Shown: piece by piece, positions 1 through 8,168 of the stretch | Position numbering within the stretch: position 1 is the first letter of the stretch | Layout: every line of letters starts with the position of its first letter | Assembly (NCBI GenBank): GCA_963845245.1 | Contig: CAWJRJ010000020.1 | Location: forward strand, 133,314-197,313 | Reading direction: 5' to 3' | Source: Nitrospirota bacterium | GTDB taxonomy: Bacteria > Nitrospirota > JACRHJ01 | Length of the DNA stretch: 64,000 nucleotides | Notes under the pieces: generated by a model | Seen by the model: only the letters and a program-made list of their open reading frames with translations | Told to the model about the DNA's origin: nothing | Databases searched by the model: none | Translations under genes and position numbers: made by a program

Positions 1-119
1 ATCACCTCGGTCTCTGCGCCTTTTTCCTGGGCTGCCTCAAGGGCCTGTCTCAGGAACCAGTCGCTTGCCGATTTCTGCTGTCCCCTTTTGTGCGTGCCGC
101 ATATGCCAAGGATCTTCAT
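1..119 (-). CDS. Flavodoxin-fold / NADPH-dependent FMN reductase (iron-sulfur flavoprotein-like), 5' part only; runs off the left edge
   Basis: Manual translation MKILGICGTHKRGQQKSASDWFLRQALEAAQEKGAETEVI; ATG overlaps the upstream stop (ATGA at 116-119). Confidence 0.7.
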   Translation of the reverse strand, partial: MKILGICGTHKRGQQKSASDWFLRQALEAAQEKGAETEV

Positions 120-551
120 ACTTTCCCACCTTCTATTATCTCTTTTATCCTCTGCATGTTCTTCTTCGAATGTTCGTTTATCCTCTGCTCAGCCGTCGCA
201 TTGTCGACAGCGGCCTTATCGTCCATCTCAAAGTCCTGCTCCCATGTCATATCAACGCCGCCGTCTTTCTCAGCGTATGTCCAGAGCAGGTTCATATACT
301 TGAACGGGAACATGGGCTCTTCCCTGCTTGCGGTGCATTTGTAGCCAGCCTTGTCAAGCATGCCTGCTTGAGCGCCAGGACTTGCCTTCCTTGTTGGTAA
401 GCTGGAAGGTTATCTTATCACCCTCGCGGGCAAGCATCTTTGCTTCCGTATACTCGTCGAAAAGCTCAGGCCAGCGTTCGATGTCGTTCGTTATGTCAAA
501 GACGCGACCATAATCAGCCTTTATAAAAACGGTATTCTTCGTATGCGCCAT
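116..551 (-). CDS. Polyketide aromatase/cyclase (SRPBCC, TcmN/WhiE-like monodomain); one frameshift at ~355-361
   Basis: ORFs 354-551 (VFDITNDIERWPELFDEY...SWRSSR) and 116-361 (PFKYMNLLWTY...MTWEQDF) join into a typical ARO/CYC. Confidence 0.85.
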
Positions 552-561
552 GAATACCCTC

Positions 562-1329
562 CTAATCCTCGAATATGGCTACGGCACGCGACCAGCCTGC
601 ACCCGCAGCCTTTATTTTTACCGGAAAGCTTGCGAACTTGAAACCGTACGGACTCGGAAGAGAACCAAGGTTTGCAAGCCTTTCTATGTGACAGTACTCC
701 TTCCTGCGTCCCAGCAGGTGTGCTGGCCAGAGTTTAGCGGTATCCTTCGTCCCGATGTAATCTTCAACCATATTCGCAAAAGGTCTGTCAAGGCCCAATG
801 CGTCGATGCCTATCGTCTTCACGCCCATATCCAGCAGTGCGTCAAGCGCTTTCACGCCGAGGCCAGGGAAGTTCGTAAAGTATTCCCTGGTTCCGAAATA
901 TCTGTCAGCTCCGGTCATGAGCAGGACTATGTCGCCGGGCTTTACCGCATATTCTAAACTCGCGAGGCTCGCATCTATGTCTTCGGGCGTTATCTCTCCA
1001 CCGTGCATTACATGTGTTACGTCAAGTACGACCCCATTGCCGTAGAACCAGTCAAGGGGGACATCGTCAATAGTTATTGCCGGCTTTCCCTCGGAGACAG
1101 GCCCGAAATGAAATGGAGCATCAACGTGCGTCCCGCAATGCACCGACGCCGTGACCGTCTCGTGCGACAAGAACATAGAGTCAGGAAAGCTGTCCCTGTC
1201 AAGTTTGCCTTCGAACTTCAGCCCCACGCGCCCAGCGCCTTCCGCATGTCCTATGCGTTCGATTTTCACCGGAAACGGTTCTGGGGCTTCATCGTCGATC
1301 GGGAGGCTGAGGTCGTATATCCTTGTCAC
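562..1329 (-). CDS. Cyclase family protein (kynurenine formamidase fold), probable second/third-ring polyketide cyclase
   Basis: HCGTHVDAPFH motif (HxGTHxDxPxH); adjacent to ACP and KS/CLF. Confidence 0.85.
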   Translation of the reverse strand: MTRIYDLSLPIDDEAPEPFPVKIERIGHAEGAGRVGLKFEGKLDRDSFPDSMFLSHETVTASVHCGTHVDAPFHFGPVSEGKPAITIDDVPLDWFYGNGVVLDVTHVMHGGEITPEDIDASLASLEYAVKPGDIVLLMTGADRYFGTREYFTNFPGLGVKALDALLDMGVKTIGIDALGLDRPFANMVEDYIGTKDTAKLWPAHLLGRRKEYCHIERLANLGSLPSPYGFKFASFPVKIKAAGAGWSRAVAIFED

Positions 1330-1565
1330 TGGGTTATAGTCCTGCTGGTGAAATAATGTATGATTTCATTTACTGTGCTGTCGCCGCGGATGACACCGTC
1401 CGGTACCTTAAGGCCAAACTCCTTCTCAAGGGCCACCATTAATTCTACAAGTTCGGTGGAATCTATACCGAGGTCCTGCTTCAACGCAGCAGCCGGTGTT
1501 ACCTCTGATGGCTCAAGCCCTATTCCGTCGACAAATACCCTGCTTACGCGTTCTTCAACGGACAT
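1326..1565 (-). CDS. Acyl carrier protein of the type II PKS
   Basis: 79 aa acidic protein, LGIDSTELVEL phosphopantetheine Ser motif, directly after CLF. Confidence 0.9.
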   Translation of the reverse strand: MSVEERVSRVFVDGIGLEPSEVTPAAALKQDLGIDSTELVELMVALEKEFGLKVPDGVIRGDSTVNEIIHYFTSRTITQ

Positions 1566-2814
1566 AACGTCCTCCTTTCGGTACGGCTATATCCTTGCCA
1601 AGAACCAGGCTGGCGTTCACTCCGCCTCGCCCGATGGAGTTTATAATAACGTTCTCGATTTTTCTGAATACCACTACTCCACAGTCCTTAGACCAGCTCC
1701 AGCCTGCATCAGGGTCGGCACACCCCATGGTAATAGGTGCCTCGCCCCGCTCTATAGCCAGACAGGCAATAGCGGCGTCTACAGCGCCTGAAGCTCCCAG
1801 CAGGTTTCCAAAAAGCGTTTTGGGCGCGCCAACCGACACCGAGGTGTTAAGACTTTCCCCGAATAGTTTTCCAATTGCCCTCGCCTCGCCTTCATCCGAG
1901 TTCATGCCCCCCGTCGCTGCAGGCAATATATACTGGATATCATCGAACTTGATGCCGGCTCCGTCGATGGCAGCCTTCATGGCGCGTGCTATGCCCTTCC
2001 CTTCCTGGTCGTGTCCGGTAGGGGATATGCCGTCGGATGTGTGGCCGAAGCCTGTAATCTCGGCATATATCCTGGCTCCACGTTTCTTGGCACGCTCCAG
2101 CTCTTCCACCATCAAAATAGCAGAGCCTTCGCCTATGACATACCCGTCCCTTGAACGGTCGAAAGGCTTATACTTGCCCGTCAGGCTGAGTTCTCCCGAT
2201 GTGTTGCAGCAAAGAAGCGCATATGGCGACACCGGTGCCTCGGTGCCACCTGCAAGCACCATATCGGCCCTGTCGGATATTATTGCCCTGGCGGCATAGT
2301 TGATTGCAAGGTGCGAACTTGCAATGTCAGAAATGATGGTCTTGCCAAATCCCTTCAACCCGTAGTTGATTGATATCTGGCCCTGAGGTGCGGCCGGAAA
2401 CCAGGCAGTCGCCTGATAAGGGCTTACCTCGCGTACGCCGAGGCGGTGCAGGTCCCGCAGTTCTTCTTCGGCAAAGGCCCACCCACCCAGTGCATTCCCC
2501 AGGATGACCCCGATACGCTCCTTGTCCTCAGACTCGATATCTATCCCGGAGTCGTTTATGGCATCTTCGGCAGCAAGGAGTGCCATATGCGAGAAGCGGT
2601 CCAGCTTCTTTAGCATCCTCTTCGGGAAAGTATCATCAGCATCCAGGTATTCCACCATGCCCGCATGCCTTGAAGGATAAACAGACGCATCGAAGCGGTC
2701 TATCTCTTTCAGATAGGTTGTGCCTGATAGTATGTTCTCCATAAAATCATCAAGCATTCTACCTGACGGCGAGACGACCCCTATTCCGGTTATTACCGCT
2801 CTTCTATTGCTCAT
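1555..2814 (-). CDS. Type II PKS chain-length factor (KS-beta)
   Basis: KS fold without catalytic Cys (ISDIASSHLA); CLF signature VSPYQATAWFPAAPQGQISI. Confidence 0.9.
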   Translation of the reverse strand: MSNRRAVITGIGVVSPSGRMLDDFMENILSGTTYLKEIDRFDASVYPSRHAGMVEYLDADDTFPKRMLKKLDRFSHMALLAAEDAINDSGIDIESEDKERIGVILGNALGGWAFAEEELRDLHRLGVREVSPYQATAWFPAAPQGQISINYGLKGFGKTIISDIASSHLAINYAARAIISDRADMVLAGGTEAPVSPYALLCCNTSGELSLTGKYKPFDRSRDGYVIGEGSAILMVEELERAKKRGARIYAEITGFGHTSDGISPTGHDQEGKGIARAMKAAIDGAGIKFDDIQYILPAATGGMNSDEGEARAIGKLFGESLNTSVSVGAPKTLFGNLLGASGAVDAAIACLAIERGEAPITMGCADPDAGWSWSKDCGVVVFRKIENVIINSIGRGGVNASLVLGKDIAVPKGGRYVR

Positions 2815-2820
2815 CTCTTC

Positions 2821-4071
2821 CTAAATGCCTCTTAAAACCAGTGAGGAATGTATGCCCGAAAAACCGCTGCTGGTTTTTATCATAGTTGTTACCTTCTTCT
2901 CACGCGCTTCGTTCGGCACGTAGTCGAGGTCGCAATTCGGGTCCGGGGTCCTGTAATTTATCGTTGGGGGGACGACTCCCCTTTCGAGCACCATCGCGCC
3001 AAGGGCAAGCTCTATAGAGTTGGCGGCCGCAAGAGGATGGCCGATCATAGATTTTATTGAACTGACCGGGACATTGTATGCATGGTGCCCCAGCGCCGAC
3101 TTTATAGCACTTGTCTCGAACACGTCGTTCTGTTCCGTTGAGCTGCCATGCGAGTTTATATAGTCGACGTCCTCAGGGGCCAACCTGGCCTGGCTCATGG
3201 CAAGCTTTATAGACCGTGCTAGCGCGTCGCCGTCTGGTGGCAGGTCGGTCATGTGAAACGCGTTAGAGGTGGAGCCGAAGCCGCATATTTCGGCGTAGAT
3301 GTTAGCACCGCGTTTTTTTGCATGTTCGTATTCTTCGAGTACCAGTATCCCACAGCCTTCAGATAAGACGAACCCGTTCCTTGTGCGGTCGAAAGGGCGT
3401 GATGCAGACTCAGGCTCGTCGTTGTGCTTTGACAATGCCTTTATCACGTCGAATGCAGCCAGGGCGACCGGCGTGAGTGGCGCCTCTGACGCACCGGTTA
3501 TCATGATGTCCGCAAGGCCGAGCTGAATACTCTCGTAACCGTATGCGACCGAATCCGTCCCTGCCGTGCAGCCGGTTGATATCACGCATGCGCCACCCTG
3601 GAGTCCGAAGTCAGCGGCAATGAAATTGGATGGAGAATTGAATATGGATGCGTCGTAAAGGAACCTTGTCGCAAGCGATGGGTCGATCGGTCCCTTTGCG
3701 TTGTCCGTAACGCGCAGGAACTCCTCCTCCATCCATTTCGTGCCGCATATCGCGTTGGCCATGGTTACGCCACAGCGTTCCGTATTAAGGTTTTTAAAGT
3801 CTATGCCGGAGTCTGATACCGCAAGCCTTGCGCCAGCGACGGCAAACTGGAGGTACCTGTCCATACCGGCAGCTTTATCGGTTGATATGCCAAAATCCGA
3901 CGGGTCGAACCCCTTCACCTCTGCGCCTACCTTTGAGATGAACTGGCTGGTGTCAAAGGACTCTATAAGAGCGGTCTGGGAGCGGCCTTCCACCATGGAT
4001 TTCCAGAATGGTTCCTTGCCTATCCCGCCTGGAGCAATAATGCCCAGACCTGTGATTACTACCCGTCTCAA
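2821..4071 (-). CDS. Type II PKS ketosynthase alpha
   Basis: ISTGCTAGTDSV catalytic Cys, HGSSTEQND, SIKSMIGHPLAA, SGFSGIHS; aromatic-PKS-type KS motifs. Confidence 0.92.
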   Translation of the reverse strand: MRRVVITGLGIIAPGGIGKEPFWKSMVEGRSQTALIESFDTSQFISKVGAEVKGFDPSDFGISTDKAAGMDRYLQFAVAGARLAVSDSGIDFKNLNTERCGVTMANAICGTKWMEEEFLRVTDNAKGPIDPSLATRFLYDASIFNSPSNFIAADFGLQGGACVISTGCTAGTDSVAYGYESIQLGLADIMITGASEAPLTPVALAAFDVIKALSKHNDEPESASRPFDRTRNGFVLSEGCGILVLEEYEHAKKRGANIYAEICGFGSTSNAFHMTDLPPDGDALARSIKLAMSQARLAPEDVDYINSHGSSTEQNDVFETSAIKSALGHHAYNVPVSSIKSMIGHPLAAANSIELALGAMVLERGVVPPTINYRTPDPNCDLDYVPNEAREKKVTTMIKTSSGFSGIHSSLVLRGI

Positions 4072-4340
4072 CCCTCTACCCTCCGCGCCTTGAACCGGAT
4101 ATATCCACCGTCGGGGCAGGTCACGGTATTAATGGAATCCGGGTCCTCCATGAATGGGTACTTCGCCCCGAAGTTCAGCGCAAAGAGTACAGGGAAGAGC
4201 GTGTGGTACGCCGCGCCACAAAAACCGCCCGGCGTTTTAAGCCCGGTTACCTCAACTTCGTCACCCACCTTGTAGTTATAAAAACACGGGCCTGTGACTT
4301 CTTCTACTGAAATAATCATTTTTTTAGGATTAGGTGCCAT
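4068..4340 (-). CDS. TIGR04076-family small Cys protein
   Basis: GPC..YKVGD...FCGAAYHTLFP...TCPDGG pattern. Confidence 0.75.
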   Translation of the reverse strand: MAPNPKKMIISVEEVTGPCFYNYKVGDEVEVTGLKTPGGFCGAAYHTLFPVLFALNFGAKYPFMEDPDSINTVTCPDGGYIRFKARRVEG

Positions 4341-4341
4341 T

Positions 4342-4611
4342 TTATTCCTCTATCTTTCTTACCTTGAAGGTAAGCTTGCCGCCGTCCGGGCAAGTCGTTT
4401 TTATCTGTCCTTCAGAATCGGCGAATGGAAACTGTGCGCCGAATGTCCAGGCGTAGAGCACCGGGAAGAGTGAATGATATGCCCCGGCGCAAAAACCGTC
4501 AGGCGGCGTAACAAAATCCTTTACCTCAAAGCTGTCGCCTTGCTTGTAACCTTTGAAACATACCTTTTCCAGCTTGTCGACAGTCAATACAAAACCTGGG
4601 AACTTCATCAT
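4342..4611 (-). CDS. TIGR04076-family small Cys protein (paralog)
   Basis: VC..YKQGD...FCAGAYHSLFP...TCPDGG pattern. Confidence 0.75.
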   Translation of the reverse strand: MMKFPGFVLTVDKLEKVCFKGYKQGDSFEVKDFVTPPDGFCAGAYHSLFPVLYAWTFGAQFPFADSEGQIKTTCPDGGKLTFKVRKIEE

Positions 4612-5609
4612 ATAGATGTCTCCTTTAGCAACTCTTCCCTGCTTATGAACCGTCCGCTTTCTTCAACGCGTTTAACCAGTTCTACCATTTTCTTATTAAT
4701 GCATGCCGGAAACCTGTGCTTCATTCCCAACACGGCTATCTCGCCGTTCAGGTAGTCGACCTCTGTGGTCTTGTGTCGCCTGATACTTTGGAGTACAGAC
4801 CCGGGGAGCGGCTCTATCGAGAGGCTCTTCATTATGTTCCCGTACACCCCGGAGCTTATCTCCAGCGGAGCGTCAAGGAGAGACTTGAGCTTCTCAAGAG
4901 GCAGGTCGGGAAGAGCCCCAATCCTAATACCGGCCTTCTCCATGGTCTCGTATGCTTCTTTCATCATCATTACCCCGAGCCTGCACAAGCGCGGGTCCTC
5001 GAAGGTTTCCTGCAGGCTCATTCCCAGAACACATGCAACGGCGTTGTTGAGGTTTAATATCAGCTTTGTCCAGTGGATGCTGTGGATGTCGTCACTAACG
5101 GAAACGTCAAAAGAGCCGTCAAGCAAAGCCCTGGCTTCGTTCACAATGTCCCTGCCGCTTCCGGAATCAAATGCCCTGCCTATAATCAGGCCGCCGGGGA
5201 AGTTGTATGTTACCCTCCCCGGTTCAATGTACGTCGCACCGTACATCACGACCGAGGAAACTATGTTTTCACTTCCCAGTACATCGGCGGCTATATTATC
5301 GCTCATCACGCCGTTTTGCATCGTGACGATCAGGGAGTCTTTTGAAAAGGGAAGCGCTTCACGCGCAGCCCTCTCCATGTCCTGTGTCTTGACAGCAAAT
5401 ATTGCAGCCTCCGGCTCAAAGTCGAGAGAGGTCCGTGAAGGCAAAGTGTATGTTTTAGCGCCAGCGGCATTATCTATGACCAGTCCTCTGTCATTGATTG
5501 CCGCAACCATGTCGGGCCTGCCGACCAGGGTCACGTCATGGCCCTTCTCAGAGAGCATTGCCCCGGTCACGCAGCCTATCGCGCCAGCGCCTATTACCGC
5601 TACTTGCAT
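4608..5609 (-). CDS. Ketopantoate reductase (PanE/ApbA) family oxidoreductase
   Basis: GAGAIG, AVKT, QNG, WTKLILN and TEVDYLNG motifs. Confidence 0.85.
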   Translation of the reverse strand: MQVAVIGAGAIGCVTGAMLSEKGHDVTLVGRPDMVAAINDRGLVIDNAAGAKTYTLPSRTSLDFEPEAAIFAVKTQDMERAAREALPFSKDSLIVTMQNGVMSDNIAADVLGSENIVSSVVMYGATYIEPGRVTYNFPGGLIIGRAFDSGSGRDIVNEARALLDGSFDVSVSDDIHSIHWTKLILNLNNAVACVLGMSLQETFEDPRLCRLGVMMMKEAYETMEKAGIRIGALPDLPLEKLKSLLDAPLEISSGVYGNIMKSLSIEPLPGSVLQSIRRHKTTEVDYLNGEIAVLGMKHRFPACINKKMVELVKRVEESGRFISREELLKETSI

Positions 5610-7468
5610 GGGATACCCGTCTCCGTGTTCCAGCCGTGGCAGGCGTAGTATTCTGTCAGCATCCCGTCGTATTCATCCCTGTCAAGCCATGTATTCTTTG
5701 ACTGCTCGTCCACCCCGTCCTGCCACTTCAGCGGCTCGAAATACCTCTGCGGCGGATAGTCGTCCTTGCGTGTAACACCTTCGCGACAGATGAACGAACG
5801 CTCGATGTTATTTATTCCTACACCGGCATTAAAGATATCTTCAGGCGAGATATCGAGCCCGCTCCCGGCCTTTATCAACTTTGAAAAAACTCTGAAATCA
5901 AATACGCCCGGGTCCGGCAGACAGTGGAAGGCTAGAAGTTTGCAAAGACCCAGCGCGTCAAAAAGTGCCAGGTAGCTCTCCCACCACCATACCACGCGTC
6001 CCTTACCTTTATATCCCATCGGGTCTGACTCGACAGGCCCGCCGTAAATCTGTTCTATGAAAGCGTTGTCGTACTCGAAGGCCTCCCATGGGCAGCGGCT
6101 CCTCAGGTGGTCCGCGCCCCGTGTGGCTGTGGCTACTCCGAGTGCATAAGCCTTGATGAACCGCAGGTCCACCGGATCCGACTGAGGAAGGTTCTTAATC
6201 CAGATGATATGGTCCTTTGACTTTTCCCCGAACCTTTCCGATGCCTCCCTTGCGCCGTCCGCGAGGATATTGCCAAAGCCGCGCCTGAAGGCGATATCTT
6301 CAACCAGACGAAGTGCAGTATCCGGGTCGTTCCATTCAAGCTGCATACCACCTGTATCGGAAGGACCTATCAAGTCTTCCTTGTATAGCTCTATCGCCCA
6401 GGCCAGTATATTGCCTGCCGAACTTGCGTCCATGCCGAGCCTGTTCAAGCTTTCGTTTAATGCTAATATGGCTTCAACCGAATTTATCCCGATGACCGGC
6501 CCCATACTGCCCATAACGCCGTACTCAGGACCTTCTCCGTTAAGGCCGGCATAACTGCCAGCCTTAATAGCATGGCTGTGCCGACACCGCACCGGGCAAC
6601 TCCTGCAGCCCTTCTTTCCGGTGTAATATTTCTCTTCCAGTATCTCGGGCGATACATCGCCCTCATCCTTCAAAACAGTTGAAAGGCCGTTGTAGACCCG
6701 GCCCATCTGGATATTGGTATTGATAACCCTGTACAGGTGCGCCGTGCCATAGCGTGCCATGTCGCCTATCAGAAACTCGTCCTTCAACTTCCGGTTTATA
6801 TCCCGTGTCAGCTCTCTGAACGCATCAGGATCATGAGGTGGCACCATCCCCGCATCCATCGCGACAACTGCCTTCAGGTTCTTCGTACCCATTAGACAAC
6901 CCATCCCTGTGCGCCCGGCTGCGTTCTTCTTGCCGTGCATTACACATGCAAACCGTACAAGGTTCTCGCCTGCAGGCCCGATGCATGCAATTTGTGCTTT
7001 GTCGCCCAATTCGGCATTAAGGGCAAACTGCGTCTCCTGCGTGTCCTTGCCCCATAATTTGGAGGCGTCCTTTATTTGCAGAGAGGTCTTATCGCCTTGC
7101 TTAGCAATTAGTATATAAACCGGTCTGTCGGCTTTCCCTGTAATAAACAGGTGCCTGATACCTGTCGATGCGAATGCCGACCCAAACTCACCGCCTATGT
7201 TGGAATCACCGAGTAGGCTGGATTCAGGGCTTTTGCCTGTAATAGTTAGCCGGGCGGCAGCAGGGCCGGGCATGCCGGTGAGCATCCCCGCCCCGAAAAT
7301 CAGCGGGTTGTCTGGGCTCATGGGGTCAAGCCCCTGTTTTGTATTTTCAAAGAGCAAGGCGCTGTTAATGCCGCGCCCGCCGATAAACCTCTTGATAAGG
7401 TTCTCAGGAAGTTCCTCGATACGGTTCTCGCCGGTAGAGAGGTCTACGTATAAAATGCGGCTGGTCAT
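5600..7468 (-). CDS. Aldehyde:ferredoxin oxidoreductase (W/Mo-pterin AOR family)
   Basis: IGGRG, IGPAGENLV, GRTGMGCLMGTKNLKA, CRSCPVRC, GPEY, DALGLC motifs; 622 aa. Confidence 0.92.
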   Translation of the reverse strand: MTSRILYVDLSTGENRIEELPENLIKRFIGGRGINSALLFENTKQGLDPMSPDNPLIFGAGMLTGMPGPAAARLTITGKSPESSLLGDSNIGGEFGSAFASTGIRHLFITGKADRPVYILIAKQGDKTSLQIKDASKLWGKDTQETQFALNAELGDKAQIACIGPAGENLVRFACVMHGKKNAAGRTGMGCLMGTKNLKAVVAMDAGMVPPHDPDAFRELTRDINRKLKDEFLIGDMARYGTAHLYRVINTNIQMGRVYNGLSTVLKDEGDVSPEILEEKYYTGKKGCRSCPVRCRHSHAIKAGSYAGLNGEGPEYGVMGSMGPVIGINSVEAILALNESLNRLGMDASSAGNILAWAIELYKEDLIGPSDTGGMQLEWNDPDTALRLVEDIAFRRGFGNILADGAREASERFGEKSKDHIIWIKNLPQSDPVDLRFIKAYALGVATATRGADHLRSRCPWEAFEYDNAFIEQIYGGPVESDPMGYKGKGRVVWWWESYLALFDALGLCKLLAFHCLPDPGVFDFRVFSKLIKAGSGLDISPEDIFNAGVGINNIERSFICREGVTRKDDYPPQRYFEPLKWQDGVDEQSKNTWLDRDEYDGMLTEYYACHGWNTETGIPCK

Positions 7469-7479
7469 GAATAGCCGGA

Positions 7480-7728
7480 TTACCCGGCAAGGTCCATGTT
7501 AAATCCGACCTTTGTCGCAGTATCCCTCATGAGCGCCTTGAAAGGAGTTGGGGTCTCAGATTCCAGGGCTCTTACAATATCGTGCTCTTCGACAATGTCA
7601 GAGTCCCGTTCGGACGCGTTCTCCTCGGCCTTTTTGGTGCCCATCCTCTCGGCCATTTTCCGCTGAAAAAACGGTATCAACGACAGCATATTGTCGAATT
7701 TTGTTTTTGCCTCAGGCTCCCAGTCCAT
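7480..7728 (-). CDS. Small PCP_red-like (protochlorophyllide reductase C-terminal-like) helical protein
   Basis: WEPEAK...IPFFQRKMA...AEENA pattern. Confidence 0.6.
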   Translation of the reverse strand: MDWEPEAKTKFDNMLSLIPFFQRKMAERMGTKKAEENASERDSDIVEEHDIVRALESETPTPFKALMRDTATKVGFNMDLAG

Positions 7729-7730
7729 TG

Positions 7731-8168
7731 TCAGACCTCCACGTAATTTTTAAGCGAATTCAGAATAAGCATGATGTTTCTGTCGTGTTGCGCAAGTGAA
7801 TATAATCTCCAGACCAGTCTGTTGACAGGTCCGACAACCTCGTAATCCATCATGAAATGCAGTTCACAAGCGTCTTCAGAGGGTATTATATAAACCCTGT
7901 ACACGCCGGTAAACATCCCGTCAACGAATTGCCACGATACCTCTCTGTGAGGCGTAGCCGATATTACCTCGACCTGCCACTCAGGCCCGAAAGGGACATG
8001 CACCTTCTGGCGAAACTTTGTACCTGGGGCTATCCTACTTCCTCCCGACAGGCGCGTATAGCGCATGGGCGACTCTTTCGGCCACCACTCGGACTCGCCC
8101 CAGGAGAGCATCTCCCTGTATATTTTTTCCTGTGAAGCATTTACTATCATCGAGTGGTGGTTGACCAT
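7731..8168 (-). CDS. SRPBCC/START-fold protein, putative second cyclase/aromatase or ligand-binding protein
   Basis: 145 aa, IVNASQEKIY...WWP...PGTKF...WQFVDGMFTG pattern. Confidence 0.7.
   Translation of the reverse strand: MVNHHSMIVNASQEKIYREMLSWGESEWWPKESPMRYTRLSGGSRIAPGTKFRQKVHVPFGPEWQVEVISATPHREVSWQFVDGMFTGVYRVYIIPSEDACELHFMMDYEVVGPVNRLVWRLYSLAQHDRNIMLILNSLKNYVEV

Noticed and set aside
1555..4071. KS pair as ordinary FabF duplicates
   Set aside because: The second copy lacks the catalytic Cys and has the CLF signature, and aromatase/cyclase genes are adjacent
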